DNA of 64,000 nt, from positions 1-64,000 of the forward strand of contig JANOAV010000041.1 in assembly GCA_031411295.1 (NCBI GenBank). Reading direction: 5' to 3'. The notes beneath the pieces are model-generated. The model searched no databases and was not told where the DNA came from. It worked only from the letters and a program-made list of their open reading frames with translations. Made by a program: the position numbers and the translations under genes. How positions within the stretch are numbered: position 1 is the stretch's first letter; every line of letters begins with the position of its first letter. Source of the DNA: Verrucomicrobiales bacterium (lineage in GTDB: Bacteria; Verrucomicrobiota; Verrucomicrobiia; Verrucomicrobiales; V1-33). Below are positions 44,902-54,589 of the stretch, piece by piece.

Positions 44902-46176
44902 ATGACCAGTGAGCTAATCGCTTTATTCGATTATTACGAGCGTGAGAAGGGCATCAACCGGCACAAGCTGGTGGAGGCCATTTCTGGTGCATTGCTGACG
45001 GCCTCGCGCAAAAGTGTGGGTCCGGCACGGGAGCTGCGTGTAGATATCGATCCCGCCAAAGGGCACATTCGGCTCATGGCCAAACTGGTGGTGGTGGAAA
45101 CCGTGACGCAGCCCTATGATGAGATTAGCCTGGCCACATCACAACGGATCAAACCCGGATCGGTGCTGGGCGATGAAGTGGATGTAGAGGTGACCCCAAA
45201 GGGATTTGGCCGCATTGCCGCGCAGACTGCCAAGCAGGCGATGATGCAGCGCATTCGTCAGGAGGAGAAGTCCATGATGTATGACGAATTCAAAGATCGC
45301 GCAGGTGACATTGTCGTGGGGACAGTGCGTCGGTTCGACAAAAGCGATGTCATTGTCGATATTGGTAAGTTTGAAGCCGTGATGCCCAAAAAGGAGCGTG
45401 TGACCACGGAAGACTACAACGTGGGAGAGAAACTTCGCGCCTATGTAGTGGCCGTTGAAAATGGGGTCCGTGGTCCGGAAATTATCCTTTCCCGGAGTCA
45501 TCCGAATTTCGTGCGTCGTTTGTTCGAACATGAAGTCACCGAACTCAGCGATCACACGGTGCAAATTCGCTCGATCGCCCGGGAAGCTGGCTACCGCACC
45601 AAGATTGCGGTTTACAGCCCAGATCCCAAAGTGGATCCGGTGGGAGCCTGCGTGGGCCATCGGGGTGCCCGGGTGAAGAACATCGTTCGTGAATTGAACA
45701 ACGAAAAGGTGGATATCATCCGCTGGAGCGACGACGTTAAGGAGTTCTTGAAGGACGCCTTGAAACCCGCCACCATCGCGGACGATAAAATCATCATTGA
45801 TCCCGCCAACGAGCGCATCCACGTCCGCGTTCCCGAAGAAGAACTGGCCAAGGCCATCGGCCGCAACGGACAGAACGTGCGCCTGACCAACCGCCTCATG
45901 GGCTGGGATGTGCAGGTGGACAAGGATGCCTCCGATCACGAGAAATTTGAATTGAAAGTCAAGGGGGCCGTGGCCGTCTTGTCCAAGCAATTGGAAATCG
46001 ATCCCGAACTGGCGCAAACGCTGGTGGAGGGCGGTCTTCCGACCTTGGAAGCCGTGGCCATGCAGGCCGACGGTAACGATTTGGCCGACCTTCTGCACAC
46101 CAGTCCAGAGGAAGGCGCAGCGCTGCATCAGAAAGCGCTGGATAAATTTAGTGCCAGCACTGGCGCCAAACTCTAA
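44902..46176 (+). CDS. nusA: Transcription termination factor NusA
   Basis: FGRIAAQTAKQ, S1 domain, IAREAGYRTKIAV, DPVGACVG.RG.RV, AIGRNGQNVRL; start ATG 44902. Confidence 0.98.
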   Translation: MTSELIALFDYYEREKGINRHKLVEAISGALLTASRKSVGPARELRVDIDPAKGHIRLMAKLVVVETVTQPYDEISLATSQRIKPGSVLGDEVDVEVTPKGFGRIAAQTAKQAMMQRIRQEEKSMMYDEFKDRAGDIVVGTVRRFDKSDVIVDIGKFEAVMPKKERVTTEDYNVGEKLRAYVVAVENGVRGPEIILSRSHPNFVRRLFEHEVTELSDHTVQIRSIAREAGYRTKIAVYSPDPKVDPVGACVGHRGARVKNIVRELNNEKVDIIRWSDDVKEFLKDALKPATIADDKIIIDPANERIHVRVPEEELAKAIGRNGQNVRLTNRLMGWDVQVDKDASDHEKFELKVKGAVAVLSKQLEIDPELAQTLVEGGLPTLEAVAMQADGNDLADLLHTSPEEGAALHQKALDKFSASTGAKL

Positions 46177-46211
46177 TGCACTCGTTCCCATGAGCGCAGA
46201 ACCTATATTGC

Positions 46212-48590
46212 ATGCCCGCAAAACCCAAAAGCCCCTCCTCCAAATCCGATCCTTCTGCTGCTCACAGCAAGCAGGCGGCCCCATTGTCTAAAGTAATCAT
46301 CGACGATAGTGATGTCGAGGAACTGGACCCAGTTCCAGTGAAAGTGAAGGGCGGCAAGAAGAAATCCACCATGACGGAACTCCGTCAAACCGAGACGCTG
46401 GATCTGCTGGAGGAGAAACCCAAGGGCCGACGCAGTGCAGCCACCGAGCCTGCTGGGATGGGTAAAATCGGGGCTCGTCCTAAGGTGACAGAGGAGGTTG
46501 CAGCATCAACCGCGCCCGTCGAGCCAAAGCCATCCAAGCTCGACGAGCAGAAGCAAAATGCGCTCTCCCTCTTTGATCCTGAAGCGATGAAGGCCGAGCG
46601 CATGCGCCAGCGTGACGCGCGGCGCAAGGAAGTGGAAGATTCCAAAGCGTTGCCGGCCATCTCCCGGCTAATTCAAGAAAAAGATGAGCGCCAAGAGGCC
46701 GAGAAGGCTGCGCTGACTGCCATCTTGACCAAATCGACCACTGCTACCGAAACGGACGAATCCAACGCGCCAGCAGATGTGGTGAAGGACGAAGTCGATG
46801 AAGCGGACTCGAAAATCATCCACATTAAGCCACCCATTATCGTCCGCGAATTGGCGGAGCGCATGGGGCTCAAAGGATTTAAACTCGTGGCCGATCTCAT
46901 GGCCATGGACATTTTTGTGAACCAGAATCAGGCCATCGAGCCGGATGTGGCCGCCAAAGTTGCAGAGAAACATGGATTTACCTTCGAACGGGAAAAGCGC
47001 GAAAAGGGCGCAGGCGTTCATAAAGAAGAAAAAGTTGTCGTAGAACCACCGCCGCCAGCTGAAGAGAAGAAGGAAGAAATGGTGACCCGCCCGCCGATCA
47101 TTACGGTCATGGGCCACGTCGATCATGGTAAGACAAGTCTTTTGGATGCCATTCGCAAAACCCGCGTCACAGCAGGCGAAGCCGGTGGCATCACCCAGCA
47201 CATTGGTGCTTATAACATCGAGCATAACGGCCAGCAGGTGACGTTCCTTGACACCCCTGGGCACGCCGCGTTCACCGCCATGCGGGCTCGTGGCGCTGGC
47301 TTGACGGATATTGTTATTTTAGTCGTGGCCGCCGATGATGGCCTCATGCCTCAGACGTTGGAATCCATTTCCCATGCCAAGGCCGCCGGTGTCACCATCG
47401 TGGTGGCCATGAATAAGATGGATTTACCAGCGGCCAACCCCGACCGCGTGATGGCCCAACTCCAGGAACAAGGATTGGCCCCGACCGCTTGGGGTGGCAA
47501 TACCGAAGTGGTTCCCGTCTCCGCACTTAAAGGCACCGGGGTGGATGCATTGCTTGAAACTGCGCTCTTGGAAGCGGAAGTCATGGAGTTGAAAGCCAAC
47601 CCTGACGCTCCCTGCCGCGCCATCATCGTGGAATCCCGCGTGGAGCCAGGCAAGGGCCCCAGCGCCACGATTATTCCGCGTTCCGGCACCCTCAAGGTGG
47701 GTGCCAGCTTCATCTGCGGTCCCTTCTACGGTAAAGTTAAGAGCATGCTCAACGACGCGGGTAAAGCCGTGCAAAGTGCCGGCCCTGCCATTCCCGTCGA
47801 AGTCATCGGCTTCAGCGCCCTCCCTAACGTGGGTGACGAACTCGTGGTCATGGATGACAAGGAAGCCAAACGCCTCAGCGAACAACGCGTCAGCGAGCAA
47901 CGCCTCGAAAAACTGGGAGCACCACGCCGCACCACTCTGGAAACGCTCTTTCGCCAAATGGAAGCCGGTGAGAAGAAGAATCTCCGCATTATCCTCAAGT
48001 CCGATGTCCAAGGTTCTCTGGAAGCCATTTCCGGGCAATTGAAGGACATCAAATCGGACAAGATTGATCTGGAAATCATCCACCAAGCAGTCGGTCCTAT
48101 TTCGGAAAACGATGTGCTGCTAGCGGGAGCTTCCGATGCCATCATCGTTGGTTTTTCCACCAAGGTGGAAGGCAAGGCGGTCAAGGTCGCGAAATCAGAA
48201 GGCGTGCAAATCAAGCTCTTCTCCATCATTTACGAACTCTTCGACCAAGTCAAAGAAGCCATGCTCGGCATGCTGGACCCGATCAGTCGCGAGAAGCAAT
48301 TGGGCACTGCGCTGGTCAAACAAGTCTTCAAAGTCAACAAGGGCAAGATCGGCGGCTGCGTCGTCACCAGTGGCCGCATCGCCCGCTCCGCTCGCGCCCG
48401 TGTCGTCCGCGGCAAAGAGAAAACGCCGGTGTATGATGGTGGATTCCACACCCTGCGTCGCTTCACGGAAGATGTCACGGAAGTCCGCAACGGCCTCGAA
48501 TGTGGTATCCGCTTGGGTGACTTCAACGATTACGTCGAAGGCGATGTGATCGAGTGCTACGAACTCGAGAAGATTGCGCAAGGGCTGTAA
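46212..48590 (+). CDS. infB: Translation initiation factor IF-2
   Basis: [67 protein letters not shown]. Confidence 0.98.
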   Translation: MPAKPKSPSSKSDPSAAHSKQAAPLSKVIIDDSDVEELDPVPVKVKGGKKKSTMTELRQTETLDLLEEKPKGRRSAATEPAGMGKIGARPKVTEEVAASTAPVEPKPSKLDEQKQNALSLFDPEAMKAERMRQRDARRKEVEDSKALPAISRLIQEKDERQEAEKAALTAILTKSTTATETDESNAPADVVKDEVDEADSKIIHIKPPIIVRELAERMGLKGFKLVADLMAMDIFVNQNQAIEPDVAAKVAEKHGFTFEREKREKGAGVHKEEKVVVEPPPPAEEKKEEMVTRPPIITVMGHVDHGKTSLLDAIRKTRVTAGEAGGITQHIGAYNIEHNGQQVTFLDTPGHAAFTAMRARGAGLTDIVILVVAADDGLMPQTLESISHAKAAGVTIVVAMNKMDLPAANPDRVMAQLQEQGLAPTAWGGNTEVVPVSALKGTGVDALLETALLEAEVMELKANPDAPCRAIIVESRVEPGKGPSATIIPRSGTLKVGASFICGPFYGKVKSMLNDAGKAVQSAGPAIPVEVIGFSALPNVGDELVVMDDKEAKRLSEQRVSEQRLEKLGAPRRTTLETLFRQMEAGEKKNLRIILKSDVQGSLEAISGQLKDIKSDKIDLEIIHQAVGPISENDVLLAGASDAIIVGFSTKVEGKAVKVAKSEGVQIKLFSIIYELFDQVKEAMLGMLDPISREKQLGTALVKQVFKVNKGKIGGCVVTSGRIARSARARVVRGKEKTPVYDGGFHTLRRFTEDVTEVRNGLECGIRLGDFNDYVEGDVIECYELEKIAQGL

Positions 48591-48650
48591 GCTTTGGTCG
48601 GTGCAGGAGCTTTTCTTTGCACTGCCTGCAATCCTGCGCATGATTTGCGC

Positions 48651-49835
48651 ATGACTGAATTTGAATGTGACGTAGCCATCGTTGGCGGCGGCATTGCGGG
48701 CTTGTGGGCGATGCATGAATTGCGGGCACGGGGATTTTCTCCGGTGCTCCTGGAGCAACATACGCTCGGCGGGGCGCAGACGCTGGCCGCCCAAGGCATT
48801 CTCCACGGCGGGATGAAGTATGTGCTCGATGGCAAGGTGGATGACATTGCGCTGCGGCTGCGGGAGATGCCACCGCGTTGGCTGGAAAGTATTGTCGGCC
48901 AGGGCGAGGTGGATCTAACTGGCACGCAAATTCTCTCGGAGTGTCAGTATCTGTGGTCCGATGGATCGCTCCTCAGCAAACTCAGCGGAGCCATGGGGGC
49001 CAAAATGTTGCAAGGCGATGTCAATGCGCTGCCGAAGGAACAATGGCCCATTGGCTTCCATGAACTAAACTATCGTGGCTCTGTGCGAGCCTTGCAGGAA
49101 ACCATCATTGATGTGCGCAGCGCGCTGACTGCGCTAGCAAAACCTCTCGCGGGCAGCGTCTTTCAAGTGGATGAAATTTTCCCTAACTTGGCTGGAGAAA
49201 GTGTGACCTCGCTGGACTTGCGGTCTGTAGCGGGCACCTCGTGTCGTCTGAAACCACGTTTCGTGGTGAGCACCGCAGGCACTGGCAATGAAGTCTTTGC
49301 CCAAGCACTACCATTCCCCCAACCCGCCACGCAGCGACGTCCGCTGCGCCAAATTCTCGTCCGGGGCGTGCCTCACAAAATTTACGGCCACTGCATCATC
49401 GCAGACCCCAAGCCGCGCGTCACCATCACCAGTCACACTCTAACGGATGGGACGCCTGTCTGGTATCTGGGCGGAAATGTGGCGGAGAAGGCTTGGAAAA
49501 TGGGCCTGGAGGAATCGCTGAAATTTGCAGCCAGCGAACTCAGCGCCATCTTCCCAAAACATCACTGGGCGCAATATGCCTACGCCGCCTGGGATGGAGA
49601 TCGTGCCGAACCGCACCAGAGCGTGCGCTTTATGCCCAGTGAACCAACGGTGAATGTGCTGGGAAATTGCGCGCTGGCATGGCCGACGAAGCTAGTCTTT
49701 GCTCCCGGCCTCGCCTCCAAGATCGGGCAAGAAGCCTCGGCACGAATCACTCCGATGGCGGCTCCGCACTTGCCGTTGCCCGCAGCGGTGGTTGGGCAAT
49801 ATCCGTGGGATCAAGCATCCTGGCAGAACCTATGA
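48651..49835 (+). CDS. FAD-dependent oxidoreductase
   Basis: DVAIVGGGIAGLW Rossmann motif, QGILHGGMKY, QRRPLRQ, WYLGG, DRAEP, WPTKL; start ATG 48651. Confidence 0.88.
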   Translation: MTEFECDVAIVGGGIAGLWAMHELRARGFSPVLLEQHTLGGAQTLAAQGILHGGMKYVLDGKVDDIALRLREMPPRWLESIVGQGEVDLTGTQILSECQYLWSDGSLLSKLSGAMGAKMLQGDVNALPKEQWPIGFHELNYRGSVRALQETIIDVRSALTALAKPLAGSVFQVDEIFPNLAGESVTSLDLRSVAGTSCRLKPRFVVSTAGTGNEVFAQALPFPQPATQRRPLRQILVRGVPHKIYGHCIIADPKPRVTITSHTLTDGTPVWYLGGNVAEKAWKMGLEESLKFAASELSAIFPKHHWAQYAYAAWDGDRAEPHQSVRFMPSEPTVNVLGNCALAWPTKLVFAPGLASKIGQEASARITPMAAPHLPLPAAVVGQYPWDQASWQNL

Positions 49836-50632
49836 TCCAACTTCCGCATCGACCAATCGCCCGCACGGGAATTAGCATCAGCGCCTTGGGATTAGGCACT
49901 GTAAAGTGGGGCCGCAACCAGCAGGTGAAGTATCCCGCCTTCGAACTGCCTGACGATGCCACCCTGCATGAGTTGTTGGATATCGCTGAAGCCGCTGGAT
50001 TAAATTTACTGGATACCGCTCCTGCTTACGGCGTGGCCGAAGCACGCGTCGGCAAAATTTTGCACGACCGAGGGAACGCAAATTTTATCGTCATGACGAA
50101 GACTGGCGAGGAGTTCATCGATGGCGCATCGCACTATCATTTCACCAAGAAGCACACCGAAGCGAGTATTCACCGCAGCCTGCGACGCCTGAATGCACTT
50201 GCGTTGGATCTGGTCATGATTCATTGCGCGGCGGATGATCTCAGCGTGCTCAATGATACCCCCGTCCTGGAAACATTGGCTAACCTGCGGGATCAAGGCC
50301 TGCTCCGCGCCATCGGCGTCTCCACCATGACGGTGGCGGGGGGCTTGCGCGCGGTGGAACTGGTCGATGCGGTGATGGTGCCATTCAGCATCGGCTATCA
50401 AGATCACCTCCCGGTCATTCAAAAAGCGCACAGTTTAAACAAAGCCGTGCTCGTGAAGCGCGCGCTCTACTCCGGTCCCGCTGCCGAGAGCAAACTTCCG
50501 CTCACCGATCTCCTGACCCCAGTGTTGCAAACACCCGGCGTTACTGCCGTGATGGCGGGAACGATCAACCCCAAACATCTGCAAGAGAACTTGGATTCGG
50601 CTAGAGACGCCTGCGCCGAACGGTCACTCTAA
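49832..50632 (+). CDS. Aldo/keto reductase
   Basis: GLGTVKWGR, LLDTAPAYG, TK.GE, SLRRL..LDLVMIH; ATGA overlap with upstream gene. Confidence 0.88.
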   Translation: MIQLPHRPIARTGISISALGLGTVKWGRNQQVKYPAFELPDDATLHELLDIAEAAGLNLLDTAPAYGVAEARVGKILHDRGNANFIVMTKTGEEFIDGASHYHFTKKHTEASIHRSLRRLNALALDLVMIHCAADDLSVLNDTPVLETLANLRDQGLLRAIGVSTMTVAGGLRAVELVDAVMVPFSIGYQDHLPVIQKAHSLNKAVLVKRALYSGPAAESKLPLTDLLTPVLQTPGVTAVMAGTINPKHLQENLDSARDACAERSL

Positions 50633-51755
50633 ACAAATTTCCTTCACGATCATCTACCAAATCGATGTCCGGATAAGCCTTCAGAGCGCGCAGGACACCA
50701 CTCCCCAGTCCGCGATACGGCAAGAGTTTTGAAGCAAAGGAAGCGAGGATAGGATTGCGGATATTGGAGTTCCCCGCTTTCACATTAGCCACTGTAAGAT
50801 TGTTTGGCAGATGACCAGGGCTGATGATTTCCACCCGGTCAGAAAATACCAAGAGGCGAATGGGTGCCGATACGAAGTAGTTTCGATGTATCAGTGCGTT
50901 GGCGATCAGTTCCTCCCAGACGATCCGAGGCACTTCCAAACCACCAGTGGAATTCACCCCGTGGGCACCCTGTGGCTTCCCGATATTCGCTAGGACGAAG
51001 CCCAAGCATTGCTGGAATATGTCAGCCAGTCGTCCCTTGATATCACGGCTATCAAGATAACTCTCACTGGCGATATCGTCGCCAGGGAATGCCACCGCCT
51101 TGACGATGAAGGCTGGCAGACGCACTTCAGGCTTGTTTGCGAATAGCAGCGCTCCGGCCAGGTTGAGTGTCCCGGCCTTTGCTAAATTCATGTTCTCCAG
51201 TAGTTGCGGTAGCGGCACGGTTTGATCCTCCAATTTCTCGCTATATTCATGCTCGAAGAATTTCTCGAAGTAGTCCATAGCCACATCGCCAGCGCCCACG
51301 CCAATTACTGGAGTTTCGTCCGCATGAACAAGGCTGGCGGACTGAAACATACGCTGAATCTCTTCACGCGAGGTTGCAGGTTGTTTGTTTGCTCCGCTCT
51401 TCACCCAAATCACGCCATTCTTATCCATGTAAGGCTTGCTGACGCCGTCAGGGATTGTCACCACCATGACCAATCCATCGGGATGCCCCACATTCTCTGT
51501 TATCGGATTAACCGGAGGTCGAACATTCTGTGCGCAAACATTGGCTACCAAATTGTTGAGACGAGCAAGCGATGGCGCAGTAAGACCAGAAACTTGATTG
51601 TCGTCCGTGACTCCAATGAATAGCGCTCCTCCTCCAGAGTTGCTGAAAGCTACGATCTCAGAAGCCAGTTTATCCGGATTATTGAAATCAGCCTTAAACT
51701 GATGGCGGCTGTCTTCACCACGGCTGATTATTTCGATGAGTTCTGAGACTTCCAT
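50601..51755 (-). CDS. Schlafen/AlbA_2 domain + HATPase_c_4 (RecG C-term-like) protein
   Basis: GEDSRHQFK, IVAFSNSGGGALFIGVTD, ELIANALIHRNY, RVEIISPG.L, RNP.LA, GLGSG. Confidence 0.88.
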   Translation of the reverse strand: MEVSELIEIISRGEDSRHQFKADFNNPDKLASEIVAFSNSGGGALFIGVTDDNQVSGLTAPSLARLNNLVANVCAQNVRPPVNPITENVGHPDGLVMVVTIPDGVSKPYMDKNGVIWVKSGANKQPATSREEIQRMFQSASLVHADETPVIGVGAGDVAMDYFEKFFEHEYSEKLEDQTVPLPQLLENMNLAKAGTLNLAGALLFANKPEVRLPAFIVKAVAFPGDDIASESYLDSRDIKGRLADIFQQCLGFVLANIGKPQGAHGVNSTGGLEVPRIVWEELIANALIHRNYFVSAPIRLLVFSDRVEIISPGHLPNNLTVANVKAGNSNIRNPILASFASKLLPYRGLGSGVLRALKAYPDIDLVDDREGNLFRVTVRRRRL

Positions 51756-54406
51756 TGGTTGTAAACTTCCTTACGTTTGTTGAAGGCGGCTTCGCCACCT
51801 TCCATGATATTGATGATCTCGGTCTGGATTTCCTTGCGGTCGATGCTGCCACTCTGGACCAGAATGGTGTCATCTTGATAGCTGCAGGCGTGCACTTGCT
51901 CCGCATCTCCCAGCACTGGGAAATTTGCGTTATGGGTGGCAAAGATGAACTGGGTGCAGGGTTTCATCTCGCGGATGAGCTGGATCACGTCCTCATAGAT
52001 GGTCTGATTGTCCAGATCGTCCTCTGGCTGATCAATAATAACAACGTCGTGTTCCCGCTGACTTAGGACATGGAGCATCAAGGCGGATGCCCGTTGTCCA
52101 AGAGAATGGTGTTTTAGTTCTTTTCCGCGATACCGAATCAGGAACGAATTGGGCACTTGGAAGGTAAGGAAGTCCGCCAGATTTTGGAGGAGCGTTTTCT
52201 CAAATACATCTGGGGTGCTTCCCGCCTTAGATTTGGCGATCTCAAGCTCTCGAAACAATCCGCCAAAATCTGCATAATCAGTCATAACATTCCTCAGAGT
52301 TGCCTCGCGGATATTACTTCCACGGAACATTTGCTGCATGAATCCCAGCGCGGTTTCTTTGCTGCCTTTGAATTCTGCCTCTATGTCCAATGCTGCTTCG
52401 TGGGCGTTCACCCGATCCAGCTCAGCCTTGATGACCCTGAACTCCTCCAACCATAGATCGTTGAGTGCGCTTACTGCGGTCAGTAGAGCCTGATAAACGG
52501 TATCCATCTGCTTTTCCTGCTTGGTCAACAGCTCTAGCATTTGCTCAGCCTTTGTCTTGCGTTGTTGCTGTTGGAGGAAGTCGTCGGATTGAATCGAGGT
52601 GGAGCTGGCTCCAGTCTGTTTTAACTCCTGAGCTAACTGCCTCTCAATGAGGGCAAACTCGTCCTGCAATCCAGCACGTCGTTGTTCAAAACCCGCTTGC
52701 TTCAGATCCAACTTGTTAGCCAAACTGCGGCTACTCGTAGCGATCTCTTTTAGTTTTTCAAGATCCGCTAGCAGGGAAGTATATTCGGAAAAATACTCTG
52801 CAAAAAAGTCGGCGTTGGCCTCGGACGCTCTGTAAACCGGAGCATTCTTCAGATCATCCTCATGCTCAGCAATGAACGATTCAAGTCCTTCGATAAAAGT
52901 GCCAACCTGATGGCGGACTCGCGTTAGCGCGTTGCTGTCGTGCTGGAAGCCGACCCGCTTTTGGAGTTTTTCGGCAAGGCCGAACTTGGCAAACTGCTCC
53001 AACCGAAAGGTGGCATCTGCAAGCTGGGCAGCATAGTCCTGTTTTTGCTCCGCCGTATTACTCAGCTTCTGAAACCGCATCACTGCTTCACGCACAGTCT
53101 GCCTTTGGATTTCGATCCTGCTGCGAAGCGGACGCAATTTATCACCAACCAACTTTTCCACTAAATCGGTTTCAAAGCCATCTCCGGTGCTGGAAAGATC
53201 CTTTTGACCAAAGTAAATGGGTTGGCGCAGCACTGTCTCGCGGATGGAAACTCCTGGTTGGAGTTTCCCGTGGAGATGAACGCTAGGTGACTCACGAAAG
53301 ATGCGGGAGACGGAAAACTCTTGCCCATAGGCATCACGCGCGACGATCGTGGCCTTGCCGCCACTGCCGAAGGTATGTTTGACGAGATCATCCTTGTAAT
53401 TGGTATCCAGTGCTTTGTTGCCACGCGGAATGTCAAAGACATACCTGATTGCCTCCAACACCGAAGATTTACCGCTGCCGCGGATGCCAATGAGTGCGTT
53501 CAACTCTGGAGAAAATTTCAGAGTTTGGCCGTTGAGCCCACCGCCCTCGAAGTGAATGCTGCAAATGTGGGAGTTTCTGTGGGTAGGTAGTTCAGAGGCA
53601 ACTCTAGCGGGATAATCCGATAGCGCGAACTTCAACGCCTCGAAGCCCAACTCACCTAATTTGAGGTAACATGGGCGGCCTTTGCCCACGTCCCCAAGGC
53701 ACTTTGGATCGCTTCCCTCCACCTCTGCGGGATACCAGCCACCTAAAGCCTGTCTTACCTTCGCACGACAAGGCGTTTCGGCTTTGTCAGTTTTATGGTA
53801 AGATCTCACCTTCTGGAATCCCAGCGTGCGCGCCCGCAACGCATCGTAGCGCGATTGTTTCCAGTCACCAAGTTTCCCGATCCCCATTTCGGCCCAGAGC
53901 CCTTTGGAATCTTCGACATGAGCAAAGACAAGAAAATAGTCCAGCGAAAGCTGATCCAGTGCATCGACAACTTGCAGGAGTGTTTTGTCACTGCGCCCAT
54001 CTTCGTGCTCATATTCAGCAGGAGTCTTGCCTGGAAACACGGTTCCCAGAAAAGGGTTCAATCGATCTTTCCCCTCCTCAATCCAACGATCTGAGAAAAT
54101 AATGAGCACATGCACCCCGGCGTATCCATCGTTCACAGACAACTCGATGCCCGGCAGCAGCGAGATTTCCCGTTTCCTTGCTTTGGCGCGGAGGGCTTTG
54201 AATTCCTCAAAATCGAACTTATTGTGATTGGCGATAACACCAAGTCGAATGCCTGCCAGTTCCAGCGCGTCCACATAAGCACCACAAAATGCATTCGCCT
54301 CGCCTGCATACTCGAATTGCTTGTCGGCCTTGGTATGAAGGTGCAGGTCCGCCCGGACCCAAGTTGAGCCGTATGAAAAAATGGAGGAAATTGGCGTTGT
54401 GCTCAT
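51728..54406 (-). CDS. PHP-domain SMC/ABC-type ATPase (TrlF/Ppl-like)
   Basis: PHP: ADLHLHT, ANHN, PGIELS, FAHVE, GSDPK; Walker A GIRGSGKS, Q-loop YFGQ, coiled coil, SLGQR, IIDQPEDDLDN, ATHN. Confidence 0.9.
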   Translation of the reverse strand: MSTTPISSIFSYGSTWVRADLHLHTKADKQFEYAGEANAFCGAYVDALELAGIRLGVIANHNKFDFEEFKALRAKARKREISLLPGIELSVNDGYAGVHVLIIFSDRWIEEGKDRLNPFLGTVFPGKTPAEYEHEDGRSDKTLLQVVDALDQLSLDYFLVFAHVEDSKGLWAEMGIGKLGDWKQSRYDALRARTLGFQKVRSYHKTDKAETPCRAKVRQALGGWYPAEVEGSDPKCLGDVGKGRPCYLKLGELGFEALKFALSDYPARVASELPTHRNSHICSIHFEGGGLNGQTLKFSPELNALIGIRGSGKSSVLEAIRYVFDIPRGNKALDTNYKDDLVKHTFGSGGKATIVARDAYGQEFSVSRIFRESPSVHLHGKLQPGVSIRETVLRQPIYFGQKDLSSTGDGFETDLVEKLVGDKLRPLRSRIEIQRQTVREAVMRFQKLSNTAEQKQDYAAQLADATFRLEQFAKFGLAEKLQKRVGFQHDSNALTRVRHQVGTFIEGLESFIAEHEDDLKNAPVYRASEANADFFAEYFSEYTSLLADLEKLKEIATSSRSLANKLDLKQAGFEQRRAGLQDEFALIERQLAQELKQTGASSTSIQSDDFLQQQQRKTKAEQMLELLTKQEKQMDTVYQALLTAVSALNDLWLEEFRVIKAELDRVNAHEAALDIEAEFKGSKETALGFMQQMFRGSNIREATLRNVMTDYADFGGLFRELEIAKSKAGSTPDVFEKTLLQNLADFLTFQVPNSFLIRYRGKELKHHSLGQRASALMLHVLSQREHDVVIIDQPEDDLDNQTIYEDVIQLIREMKPCTQFIFATHNANFPVLGDAEQVHACSYQDDTILVQSGSIDRKEIQTEIINIMEGGEAAFNKRKEVYNQWKSQNSSK

Positions 54407-54589
54407 GCGTTGGCGATTACCTTTCAGAAGCGGGGGTGGTCAAAAGAGTCGCGACTGGCGAACAATGATTCATCTGCCATATTCAATAGAATCCGCAAGT
54501 GGGAACAGATCGTTACGTCAGTGGTTCACTCCTTGCCGCCTCACATTCCCGCTTGAGTTGATCTTATTTCCCAGCCTTAGGTTCCACTT

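Noticed and set aside
45139..48806. Long antisense ORFs over nusA/infB, and similar shadow ORFs across the window
   Set aside because: Expected by-product of GC-rich codon bias opposite real genes; no recognisable motifs
50601..54406. Prophage, ICE or chromosome-partition SMC
   Set aside because: No integrase, phage or tRNA attachment site; coiled coil too short, no hinge, and an N-terminal PHP domain
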